DNA from: the human T2T-CHM13v2.0 reference genome, Homo sapiens
Assembly: GCF_009914755.1 (NCBI RefSeq)
Contig: NC_060933.1
Reading direction: 5' to 3' (one strand)
DNA length: 64,000 nt
The position numbers and the translations under genes were made by a program. This document shows, piece after piece, positions 39,501 to 52,733 of the stretch. Within the stretch, counting starts at the first letter, position 1; the number at the start of each line of letters is the position of its first letter. A model generated the notes under the pieces. That model worked only from the letters and a program-made list of their open reading frames with translations. It made no database searches and was not told where the DNA came from.

Positions 39501-42500
39501 GAACTGAACATTCCCTTTCATAGAGCATGTTTGAAACACTCTTTCTGTAGTATCTGCAAGCAGACGTTTCAAGCGCTTTCAGGCCTATGGTGAGAAAGGA
39601 AATATCTTCAAGTAAAAACTAGACAGAAGCATTCTCAGAAGCTTATTTGCCATGTGTGTTCTCAACTAACAGAGTTGAACCTTTGTTTTGATACGGCATT
39701 TTGGAAACACTCTTTTTGTAGAATCTGCAGGTGGATTTTCGGATAGCTTTGAAGGTTTCGTTGGAAACGGGAATACCTTCATATAAAATCTAGACGGAAG
39801 CATTCTCAGAAACTGCTTTGTGATGTTTTCATTGAAGTCACAGAGTAGAATGTTCCCTTTTATATACCAGGTTTGAGACACTCTTTCTGCACTATCTGGA
39901 AGTGGACATTTGGAGCGCTTTGAGGCCTATGATGAAAAAGGAAATATCTTCCCATAAAAACTAGACAGAAGCATTCTCAGAAACTTGTTTGTGATGTGTG
40001 TATTCAACTAACAGAGATGAACCTTTCTTTTTACAGAGCAGTTTTGAAACACTCTTTTTGTGGAATCTGAAAGTGGATATTTGGATATCTTTGAGGATTT
40101 CGTTGGAAACGGGATTACATATAAAATCTAGAGAGAAGCATTCTCAGGAACTTCTTTGTGATGTTTGCATTCACGTCACAGAACTGAACATTCCCTTTCA
40201 TAGAGCATGTTTGAAACACTCTTTCTGTAGTATCTGCAAACGGACATTTCAAGGGCTTTCAGGCCTATGGTAAGAAAGGAAATATCTTCAAATAAAAACT
40301 AGACAGAAGCATTCTCAGAAACTTATTTGCGATGTGTGTCCTCAACTAACAGAGTTGAACCTTTGTTTTGATACAACATTTTGGAAACACTCTTTTTGTA
40401 GAATCTGCAAGTGGATATTTGGATAGCTTTGAAGGTTTCTTTGGAAACGGGAATATCTTCATATAAAATCAAGACAGAAACATTCTCAGAAACTTCTCTG
40501 TGATGTTTGCATTCAACTCATAGAGTTGAACACTTCCCTTCATAGAGCAGGTTTGAAACACTCTTTTTGTAATATTTGGAAGTGGACATTTGCAGCGCTT
40601 TGAGGCCTATGTTGAAAAAGGAAATATCTTCTCCTAAAAACCAGACAGAAGCATTCTCAGAAACTTCCTTGTGATGTGTGTACTCAAGTAACAGAGTTGA
40701 ACCTTACTTTTGACAGAGCCGTTTTGAAACAGTCTTTTTGTAGAATCTGGAAGTAGATATTTGGATACCTTTGAGGATTTCTTTGGAAACGGGATATCTT
40801 CATATAAAATCTAGACAGAAGCATTCTCAGAAACTTCTTTGTGCTGTATGTCCTCAATTAACAGAGTTGAACCTTTGTGTGGATACGGCATTTTGGAAAC
40901 ATTCCTTTAGTAGAATCTGCAAGTTGATATTTAGATAGCTAGGAAGATTTCCTTGGAAACGGGAATATCTTCATATAAAATCTAGACGGAAGCATTCTCA
41001 GAAAGTGCTTTGTGATGTTTGCATTCAGGTCACAGAGTTGAATATTCCCTTTTATAGAGCAGGTTTGAAACACTCTTTCTGCACTACCTGGAAGTGGACA
41101 TTTGGAGCGCTTTGAGGCCTATGTTGAAAAAGGAAATATCTTCCCATAAAAACTAGACAGAAGCATTCTCAGAAACTTGTTTGTGATGTGTGTATTCAAC
41201 TAACAGAGATGAACCTTTCTTTTTACAGAGCAGTTTTGAAACACTCTTTTTGTGGAATCTGAAAGTGGATATTTGGATAGCTTTGAGGATTTCGTTGGAA
41301 ACGGGATTACATATAAAATCTAGAGAGAAGCATTCTCAGGAACTTCTTTGTGATGTTTGCATTCAAGTCACAGAACTGAACATTCCCTTTCATAGAGCAT
41401 GTTTGAAACACTCTTTCTGTAGTATCTGCAAGCGGACGTTTCAAGCGCTTTCAGGCCTATGGTGCGAAAGGAAATATCTTCAAGTAAAAACTAGACAGAA
41501 GCATTCTCAGAAACTTATTTGCCATGTGTGTTCTCAACTAACAGAGTTGAACCTTTGTTTTGATACGGCATTTTGGAAACACTCTTTCTGTAGAATCTGC
41601 AGGTGGATATTCGGATAGCTTTGAAGGTTTCGTTGGAAACGGGAATATCTTCATATAAAATCTAGACGGAAGCATTCTCAGAAACTGCTTTGTGATGTTT
41701 TCATTGAAGTCACAGAGTAGAATGTTCCCTTTTATATACCAGGTTTGAGACACTCTTTCTGCACTATCTGGAAGTGGACATTTGGAGCGCTTTGAGGCCT
41801 ATGATGAAAAAGGAAATATCTTCCCATAAAAACTAGACAGAAGCATTCTCAGAAACTTGTTTGTGATGTGTGTATTCAACTAACAGAGATGAACCTTTCT
41901 TTTTACAGAGCAGTTTTGAAACACTCTTTTTGTGGAATCTGAAAGTGGATATTTGGATAGCTTTGAGGATTTCGTTGGAAACGGGATTACATATAAAATC
42001 TAGAGAGAAGCATTCTCAGGAACTTCTTTGTGATGTTTGCATTCACGTCACAGAACTGAACATTCCCTTTCATAGAGCATGTTTGAAACACTCTTTCTGT
42101 AGTATCTGCAAACGGACATTTCAAGCGCTTTCAGGCCTATGGTAAGAAAGGAAATATCTTCAAATAAAAACTAGACAGAAGCATTCTCAGAAACTTATTT
42201 GCGATGTGTGTCCTCAACTAACAGAGTTGAACCTTTGTTTTGATACAACATTTTGGAAACACTCTTTTTGTAGAATCTGCAAGTGGATATTTGGATAGCT
42301 TTGAAGGTTTCGTTGGAAACGGGAATATCTTCATATAAAATCAAGACAGAAGCATTCTCAGAAACTTCTCTGTGATGTTTGCATTCAACTCATAGAGTTG
42401 AACACTTCCCTTCATAGAGCAGGTTTGAAACACTCTTTTTGTAATATTTGGAAGTGGACATTTGCAGCGCTTTGAGGCCTATGTTGAAAAAGGAAATATC

Positions 42501-45500
42501 TTCTCCTAAAAACCAGACAGAAGCATTCTCAGAAACTTCCTTGTGATGTGTGTACTCAAGTAACAGAGTTGAACCTTACTTTTGACAGAGCCGTTTTGAA
42601 ACAGTCTTTTTGTAGAATCTGGAAGTAGATATTTGGATACCTTTGAGGATTTCTTTGGAAACGGGATATCTTCATATAAAATCTAGACAGAAGCATTCTC
42701 AGAAACTTCTTTGTGCTGTATGTCCTCAATTAACAGAGTTGAACCTTTGTGTGGATACGGCATTTTGGAAACATTCCTTTAGTAGAATCTGCAAGTTGAT
42801 ATTTAGATAGCTAGGAAGATTTCCTTGGAAACGGGAATATCTTCATATAAAATCTAGACGGAAGCATTCTCAGAAAGTGCTTTGTGATGTTTGCATTCAG
42901 GTCACAGAGTTGAATATTCCCTTTTATAGAGCAGGTTTGAAACACTCTTTCTGCACTACCTGGAAGTGGACATTTGGAGCGCTTTGAGGCCTATGTTGAA
43001 AAAGGAAATATCTTCCCATAAAAACTAGACAGAAGCATTCTCAGAAACTTGTTTGTGATGTGTGTATTCAACTAACAGAGATGAACCTTTCTTTTTACAG
43101 AGCAGTTTTGAAACACTCTTTTTGTGGAATCTGAAAGTGGATATTTGGATAGCTTTGAGGATTTCGTTGGAAACGGGATTACATATAAAATCTAGAGAGA
43201 AGCATTCTCAGGAACTTCTTTGTGATGTTTGCATTGAAGTCACAGAACTGAACATTCCCTTTCATAGAGCATGTTTGAAACACTCTTTCTGTAGTATCTG
43301 CAAGCGGACGTTTCAAGCGCTTTCAGGCCTATGGTGCGAAAGGAAATATCTTCAAGTAAAAACTAGACAGAAGCATTCTCAGAAACTTATTTGCCATGTG
43401 TGTTCTCAACTAACAGAGTTGAACCTTTGTTTTGATACGGCATTTTGGAAACACTCTTTCTGTAGAATCTGCAGGTGGATATTCGGATAGCTTTGAAGGT
43501 TTCGTTGGAAACGGGAATATCTTCATATAAAATCTAGACGGAAGCATTCTCAGAAACTGCTTTGTGATGTTTTCATTGAAGTCACAGAGTAGAATGTTCC
43601 CTTTTATATACCAGGTTTGAGACACTCTTTCTGCACTATCTGGAAGTGGACATTTGGAGCGCTTTGAGGCCTATGATGAAAAAGGAAATATCTTCCCATA
43701 AAAACTAGACAGAAGCATTCTCAGAAACTTGTTTGTGATGTGTGTATTCAACTAACAGAGATGAACCTTTCTTTTTACAGAGCAGTTTTGAAACACTCTT
43801 TTTGTGGAATCTGAAAGTGGATATTTGGATAGCTTTGAGGATTTCGTTGGAAACGGGATTACATATAAAATCTAGAGGGAAGCATTCTCAGGAACTTCTT
43901 TGTGATGTTTGCATTCACGTCACAGAACTGAACATTCCCTTTCATAGAGCATGTTTGAAACACTCTTTCTGTAGTATCTGCAAACGGACATTTCAAGCGC
44001 TTTCAGGCCTATGGTAAGAAAGGAAATATCTTCAAATAAAAACTAGACAGAAGCATTCTCAGAAACTTATTTGCGATGTGTGTCCTCAACTAACAGAGTT
44101 GAACCTTTGTTTTGATACAACATTTTGGAAACACTCTTGTTGTAGAATCTGCAAGTGGATATTTGGATAGCTTTGAAGGTTTCGTTGGAAACGGGAATAT
44201 CTTCATATAAAATCAAGACAGAAGCATTCTCAGAAACTTCTCTGTGATGTTTGCATTCAACTCATAGAGTTGAACACTTCCCTTCATAGAGCAGGTTTGA
44301 AACACTCTTTTTGTAATATTTGGAAGTGGACATTTGCAGCGCTTTGAGGCCTATGTTGAAAAAGGAAATATCTTCTCCTAAAAACCAGACAGAAGCATTC
44401 TCAGAAACTTCCTTGTGATGTGTGTACTCAAGTAACAGAGTTGAACCTTACTTTTGACAGAGCCGTTTTGAAACAGTCTTTTTGTAGAATCTGGAAGTAG
44501 ATATTTGGACACCTTTGAGGATTTCTTTGGAAACGGGATATCTTCATATAAAATCTAGACAGAAGCATTCTCAGAAACTTCTTTGTGCTGTATGTCCTCA
44601 ATTAACAGAGTTGAACCTTTGTGTGGATACGGCATTTTGGAAACACTCCTTTAGTAGGATATGCAAGTTGATATTTAGATAGCTAGGAAGATTTCCTTGG
44701 AAACGGGAATATCTTCATATAAAATGTAGACGGAAGCATTCTCAGAAAGTGCTTTGTGATGTTTGCATTCAAGTCACAGAGTTGAATATTCCCTTTTATA
44801 GAGCAGGTTTGAAACACTCTTTCTGCACTACCTGGAAGTGGACATTTGGAGCGCTTTGAGGCCTATGTTGAAAAAGGAAATATCTTCCCATAAAAACTAG
44901 ACAGAAGCATTCTCAGAAACTTGTTTGTGATGTGTGTATTCAACTAACAGAGATGAACCTTTCTTTTTACAGAGCAGTTTTGAAACACTGTTTTTGTGGA
45001 ATCTGAAAGTGGATATTTGGATAGCTTTGAGGATTTCGTTGGAAACGGGATTACATGTAAAATCTAGAGAGAAGCATTCTCAGGAACTTCTTTGTGATGT
45101 TTGCATTCAAGTCACAGAACTGAACATTCCCTTTCATAGAGCATGTTTGAAACACTCTTTCTGTAGTATCTGCAAGCAGACGTTTCAAGCGCTTTCAGGC
45201 CTATGGTGAGAAAGGAAATATCTTCAAGTAAAAACTAGACAGAAGCATTCTCAGAAGCTTATTTGCCATGTGTGTTCTCAACTAACAGAGTTGAACCTTT
45301 GTTTTGATACGGCATTTTGGAAACACTCTTTTTGTAGAATCTGCAGGTGGATTTTCGGATAGCTTTGAAGGTTTCGTTGGAAACGGGAATACCTTCATAT
45401 AAAATCTAGACGGAAGCATTCTCAGAAACTGCTTTGTGATGTTTTCATTGAAGTCACAGAGTAGAATGTTCCCTTTTATATACCAGGTTTGAGACACTCT

Positions 45501-48500
45501 TTCTGCACTATCTGGAAGTGGACATTTGGAGCGCTTTGAGGCCTATGATGAAAAAGGAAATATCTTCCCATAAAAACTAGACAGAAGCATTCTCAGAAAC
45601 TTGTTTGTGATGTGTGTATTCAACTAACAGAGATGAACCTTTCTTTTTACAGAGCAGTTTTGAAACACTCTTTTTGTGGAATCTGAAAGTGGATATTTGG
45701 ATATCTTTGAGGATTTCGTTGGAAACGGGATTACATATAAAATCTAGAGAGAAGCATTCTCAGGAACTTCTTTGTGATGTTTGCATTCACGTCACAGAAC
45801 TGAACATTCCCTTTCATAGAGCATGTTTGAAACACTCTTTCTGTAGTATCTGCAAACGGACATTTCAAGGGCTTTCAGGCCTATGGTAAGAAAGGAAATA
45901 TCTTCAAATAAAAACTAGACAGAAGCATTCTCAGAAACTTATTTGCGATGTGTGTCCTCAACTAACAGAGTTGAACCTTTGTTTTGATACAACATTTTGG
46001 AAACACTCTTTTTGTAGAATCTGCAAGTGGATATTTGGATAGCTTTGAAGGTTTCTTTGGAAACGGGAATATCTTCATATAAAATCAAGACAGAAACATT
46101 CTCAGAAACTTCTCTGTGATGTTTGCATTCAACTCATAGAGTTGAACACTTCCCTTCATAGAGCAGGTTTGAAACACTCTTTTTGTAATATTTGGAAGTG
46201 GACATTTGCAGCGCTTTGAGGCCTATGTTGAAAAAGGAAATATCTTCTCCTAAAAACCAGACAGAAGCATTCTCAGAAACTTCCTTGTGATGTGTGTACT
46301 CAAGTAACAGAGTTGAACCTTACTTTTGACAGAGCCGTTTTGAAACAGTCTTTTTGTAGAATCTGGAAGTAGATATTTGGATACCTTTGAGGATTTCTTT
46401 GGAAACGGGATATCTTCATATAAAATCTAGACAGAAGCATTCTCAGAAACTTCTTTGTGCTGTATGTCCTCAATTAACAGAGTTGAACCTTTGTGTGGAT
46501 ACGGCATTTTGGAAACATTCCTTTAGTAGAATCTGCAAGTTGATATTTAGATAGCTAGGAAGATTTCCTTGGAAACGGGAATATCTTCATATAAAATCTA
46601 GACGGAAGCATTCTCAGAAAGTGCTTTGTGATGTTTGCATTCAGGTCACAGAGTTGAATATTCCCTTTTATAGAGCAGGTTTGAAACACTCTTTCTGCAC
46701 TACCTGGAAGTGGACATTTGGAGCGCTTTGAGGCCTATGTTGAAAAAGGAAATATCTTCCCATAAAAACTAGACAGAAGCATTCTCAGAAACTTGTTTGT
46801 GATGTGTGTATTCAACTAACAGAGATGAACCTTTCTTTTTACAGAGCAGTTTTGAAACACTCTTTTTGTGGAATCTGAAAGTGGATATTTGGATAGCTTT
46901 GAGGATTTCGTTGGAAACGGGATTACATATAAAATCTAGAGAGAAGCATTCTCAGGAACTTCTTTGTGATGTTTGCATTCAAGTCACAGAACTGAACATT
47001 CCCTTTCATAGAGCATGTTTGAAACACTCTTTCTGTAGTATCTGCAAGCGGACGTTTCAAGCGCTTTCAGGCCTATGGTGCGAAAGGAAATATCTTCAAG
47101 TAAAAACTAGACAGAAGCATTCTCAGAAACTTATTTGCCATGTGTGTTCTCAACTAACAGAGTTGAACCTTTGTTTTGATACGGCATTTTGGAAACACTC
47201 TTTCTGTAGAATCTGCAGGTGGATATTCGGATAGCTTTGAAGGTTTCGTTGGAAACGGGAATATCTTCATATAAAATCTAGACGGAAGCATTCTCAGAAA
47301 CTGCTTTGTGATGTTTTCATTGAAGTCACAGAGTAGAATGTTCCCTTTTATATACCAGGTTTGAGACACTCTTTCTGCACTATCTGGAAGTGGACATTTG
47401 GAGCGCTTTGAGGCCTATGATGAAAAAGGAAATATCTTCCCATAAAAACTAGACAGAAGCATTCTCAGAAACTTGTTTGTGATGTGTGTATTCAACTAAC
47501 AGAGATGAACCTTTCTTTTTACAGAGCAGTTTTGAAACACTCTTTTTGTGGAATCTGAAAGTGGATATTTGGATAGCTTTGAGGATTTCGTTGGAAACGG
47601 GATTACATATAAAATCTAGAGAGAAGCATTCTCAGGAACTTCTTTGTGATGTTTGCATTCACGTCACAGAACTGAACATTCCCTTTCATAGAGCATGTTT
47701 GAAACACTCTTTCTGTAGTATCTGCAAACGGACATTTCAAGCGCTTTCAGGCCTATGGTAAGAAAGGAAATATCTTCAAATAAAAACTAGACAGAAGCAT
47801 TCTCAGAAACTTATTTGCGATGTGTGTCCTCAACTAACAGAGTTGAACCTTTGTTTTGATACAACATTTTGGAAACACTCTTTTTGTAGAATCTGCAAGT
47901 GGATATTTGGATAGCTTTGAAGGTTTCGTTGGAAACGGGAATATCTTCATATAAAATCAAGACAGAAGCATTCTCAGAAACTTCTCTGTGATGTTTGCAT
48001 TCAACTCATAGAGTTGAACACTTCCCTTCATAGAGCAGGTTTGAAACACTCTTTTTGTAATATTTGGAAGTGGACATTTGCAGCGCTTTGAGGCCTATGT
48101 TGAAAAAGGAAATATCTTCTCCTAAAAACCAGACAGAAGCATTCTCAGAAACTTCCTTGTGATGTGTGTACTCAAGTAACAGAGTTGAACCTTACTTTTG
48201 ACAGAGCCGTTTTGAAACAGTCTTTTTGTAGAATCTGGAAGTAGATATTTGGATACCTTTGAGGATTTCTTTGGAAACGGGATATCTTCATATAAAATCT
48301 AGACAGAAGCATTCTCAGAAACTTCTTTGTGCTGTATGTCCTCAATTAACAGAGTTGAACCTTTGTGTGGATACGGCATTTTGGAAACATTCCTTTAGTA
48401 GAATCTGCAAGTTGATATTTAGATAGCTAGGAAGATTTCCTTGGAAACGGGAATATCTTCATATAAAATCTAGACGGAAGCATTCTCAGAAAGTGCTTTG

Positions 48501-49669
48501 TGATGTTTGCATTCAGGTCACAGAGTTGAATATTCCCTTTTATAGAGCAGGTTTGAAACACTCTTTCTGCACTACCTGGAAGTGGACATTTGGAGCGCTT
48601 TGAGGCCTATGTTGAAAAAGGAAATATCTTCCCATAAAAACTAGACAGAAGCATTCTCAGAAACTTGTTTGTGATGTGTGTATTCAACTAACAGAGATGA
48701 ACCTTTCTTTTTACAGAGCAGTTTTGAAACACTCTTTTTGTGGAATCTGAAAGTGGATATTTGGATAGCTTTGAGGATTTCGTTGGAAACGGGATTACAT
48801 ATAAAATCTAGAGAGAAGCATTCTCAGGAACTTCTTTGTGATGTTTGCATTCAAGTCACAGAACTGAACATTCCCTTTCATAGAGCATGTTTGAAACACT
48901 CTTTCTGTAGTATCTGCAAGCGGACGTTTCAAGCGCTTTCAGGCCTATGGTGCGAAAGGAAATATCTTCAAGTAAAAACTAGACAGAAGCATTCTCAGAA
49001 ACTTATTTGCCATGTGTGTTCTCAACTAACAGAGTTGAACCTTTGTTTTGATACGGCATTTTGGAAACACTCTTTCTGTAGAATCTGCAGGTGGATATTC
49101 GGATAGCTTTGAAGGTTTCGTTGGAAACGGGAATATCTTCATATAAAATCTAGACGGAAGCATTCTCAGAAACTGCTTTGTGATGTTTTCATTGAAGTCA
49201 CAGAGTAGAATGTTCCCTTTTATATACCAGGTTTGAGACACTCTTTCTGCACTATCTGGAAGTGGACATTTGGAGCGCTTTGAGGCCTATGATGAAAAAG
49301 GAAATATCTTCCCATAAAAACTAGACAGAAGCATTCTCAGAAACTTGTTTGTGATGTGTGTATTCAACTAACAGAGATGAACCTTTCTTTTTACAGAGCA
49401 GTTTTGAAACACTCTTTTTGTGGAATCTGAAAGTGGATATTTGGATAGCTTTGAGGATTTCGTTGGAAACGGGATTACATATAAAATCTAGAGAGAAGCA
49501 TTCTCAGGAACTTCTTTGTGATGTTTGCATTCACGTCACAGAACTGAACATTCCCTTTCATAGAGCATGTTTGAAACACTCTTTCTGTAGTATCTGCAAA
49601 CGGACATTTCAAGCGCTTTCAGGCCTATGGTAAGAAAGGAAATATCTTCAAATAAAAACTAGACAGAAG
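21590..49669 (+). repeat. Fifteen consecutive canonical 1872-bp 11-mer HORs
   Basis: Marker ORF starts advance strictly by 680/1192 from 22470 to 49358. The span is 28080 bp = 15 x 1872 with no net indel. Confidence 0.95.
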
Positions 49670-52600
49670 CATTCTCAGAAACTTATTTGCGATGTGTGTC
49701 CTCAACTAACAGAGTTGAACCTTTGTTTTGATACAACATTTTGGAAACACTCTTTTTGTAGAATCTGCAAGTGGATATTTGGATAGCTTTGAAGGTTTCG
49801 TTGGAAACGGGAATATCTTCATATAAAATCAAGACAGAAGCATTCTCAGAAACTTCTCTGTGATGTTTGCATTCAACTCATAGAGTTGAACACTTCCCTT
49901 CATACAGCAGGTTTGAAACACTCTTTTTGTAATATTTGGAAGTGGACATTTGCAGCGCTTTGAGGCCTATGTTGAAAAAGGAAATATCTTCTCCTAAAAA
50001 CCAGACAGAAGCATTCTCAGAAACTTCCTTGTGATGTGTGTACTCAAGTAACAGAGTTGAACCTTACTTTTGACAGAGCCGTTTTGAAACAGTCTTTTTG
50101 TAGAATCTGGAAGTAGATATTTGGATACCTTTGAGGATTTCTTTGGAAACGGGATATCTTCATATAAAATCTAGACAGAAGCATTCTCAGAAACTTCTTT
50201 GTGCTGTATGTCCTCAATTAACAGAGTTGAACCTTTGTGTGGATACGGCATTTTGGAAACATTCCTTTAGTAGAATCTGCAAGTTGATATTTAGATAGCT
50301 AGGAAGATTTCCTTGGAAACGGGAATATCTTCATATAAAATCTAGACGGAAGCATTCTCAGAAAGTGCTTTGTGATGTTTGCATTCAACTCACAGAGTTG
50401 AATATTCCCTTTTATAAAGCAGGTTTGAAACACTCTTTCTGCACTACCTGGAAGTGGACATTTGGAGCGATTTGAGGCCTATGTTGAAAAAGGAAATATC
50501 TTCCCATAAAAACTAGACAGAAGCATTCTCAGAAACTTGTTTGTGATGTGTGTATTCAACTAACAGAGATGAACCTTTCTTTTTACAGAGCAGTTTTGAA
50601 ACACTCTTTTTGTGGAATCTGAAAGTGGATATTTGGATAGCTTTGAGGATTTCGTTGGAAACGGGATTACATATAAAATCTAGAGAGAAGCATTCTCAGG
50701 AACTTCTTTGTGATGTTTGCATTCAAGTCACAGAACTGAACATTCCCTTTCATAGAGCATGTTTGAAACACTCTTTCTGTAGTATCTGCAAGCGGACGTT
50801 TCAAGCGCTTTCAGGCCTATGGTGAGAAAGGAAATATCTTCAAGTAAAAACTAGACAGAAGCATTCTCAGAAACTTATTTGCCATGTGTGTTCTCAACTA
50901 ACAGAGTTGAACCTTTGTTTTGATACGGCATTTTGGAAACACTCTTTTTGTAGAATCTGTAGGTGGATATTCGGATAGCTTTGAAGGTTTCGTTGGAAAC
51001 GGGAATATCTTCATATAAAATCTAGACGGAAGCATTCTCAGAAACTGCTTTGTGATGTTTTCATTGAAGTCACAGAGTAGAATGTTCCCTTTTATATACC
51101 AGGTTTGAGACACTCTTTCTGCACTATCTGGAAGTGGACATTTGGAGCGCTTTGAGGCCTATGATGATAAAGGAAATATCTTCCCATAAAAACTAGACAG
51201 AAGCATTCTCAGAAACTTGTTTGTGATGTGTGTATTCAACTAACAGAGATGAACCTTTCTTTTTACAGAGCAGTTTTGAAACAGTCTTTTTGTAGAATCT
51301 GGAAGTAGATATTTGGATACCTTTGAGGATTTCTTTGGAAACGGGATATCTTCATATAAAATCTAGACAGAAGCATTCTCAGAAACTTCTTTGTGCTGTA
51401 TGTCCTCAATTAACAGAGTTGAACCTTTGTGTGGATACGGCATTTTGGAAACATTCCTTTAGTAGAATCTGCAAGTTGATATTTAGATAGCTAGGAAGAT
51501 TTCCTTGGAAACGGGAATATCTTCATATAAAATCTAGACGGAAGCATTCTCAGAAAGTGCTTTGTGATGTTTGCATTCAAGTCACAGAGTTGAATATTCC
51601 CTTTTATAGAGCAGGTTTGAAACACTCTTTCTGCACTACCTGGAAGTGGACATTTGGAGCGCTTTGAGGCCTATGTTGAAAAAGGAAATATCTTCCCATA
51701 AAAACTAGACAGAAGCATTCTCAGAAACTTGTTTGTGATGTGTGTATTCAACTAACAGAGATGAACCTTTCTTTTTACAGAGCAGTTTTGAAACACTCTT
51801 TTTGTGGAATCTGAAAGTGGATATTTGGATAGCTTTGAGGATTTCGTTGGAAACGGGATTACATATAAAATCTAGAGAGAAGCATTCTCAGGAACTTCTT
51901 TGTGATGTTTGCATTCAAGTCACAGAACTGAACATTCCCTTTCATAGAGCATGTTTGAAACACTCTTTCTGTAGTATCTGCAAGCGGACGTTTCAAGCGC
52001 TTTCAGGCCTATGGTGAGAAAGGAAATATCTTCAAGTAAAAACTAGACAGAAGCATTCTCAGAAACTTATTTGCCATGTGTGTTCTCAACTAACAGAGTT
52101 GAACCTTTGTTTTGATACGGCATTTTGGAAACACTCTTTTTGTAGAATCTGCAGGTGGATATTCGGATAGCTTTGAAGGTTTCGTTGGAAACGGGAATAT
52201 CTTCATATAAAATCTAGACGGAAGCATTCTCAGAAACTGCTTTGTGATATTTTCATTCAAGTCACAGAGTAGAATGTTCCCTTTTATATACCAGGTTTGA
52301 GACACTCTTTCTGCACTATCTGGAAGTGGACATTTGGAGCGCTTTGAGGCCTATGATGAAAAAGGAAATATCTTCCCATAAAAACTAGACAGAAGCATTC
52401 TCAGAAACTTGTTTGTGATGTGTGTATTCAACTAACAGAGATGAACCTTTCTTTTTACAGAGCAGTTTTGAAACACTCTTTTTGTGGAACCTGAAAGTGG
52501 ATATTTGGATAGCTTTGAGGATTTCGTTGGAAACGGGATTACATATAAAATCTAGAGGGAAGCATTCTCAGGAACTTCTTTGTGATGTTTGCATTCACGT

Positions 52601-52733
52601 CACAGAACTGAACATTCCCTTTCATAGAGCATGTTTGAAACACTCTTTCTGTAGTATCTGCAAACGGACATTTCAAGCGCTTTCAGGCCTATGATAAGAA
52701 TGGAAATATCTTCAAATAAAAACTAGACAGAAG
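49670..52733 (+). repeat. 18-monomer unit with F/C hybrid (A-I, F/C, D-I, F', G'; 3064 bp)
   Basis: The monomer at ~51204-51373 has an F head (GAGATGAACCTTTCTTTTTACAGAGCAG) and a C tail (ACAGTCTTTTTGTAGAATCTGGAAGTAG), followed by D,E,F,G,H,I,F',G'. Confidence 0.9.

Noticed and set aside
50550-51742. Apparent third ordinary 7-mer from the 1192-bp ORF spacing
   Set aside because: Reading the sequence shows F-G-H-I-F/C-D-E, a different hybrid-containing cycle of coincidentally equal length; reported separately.
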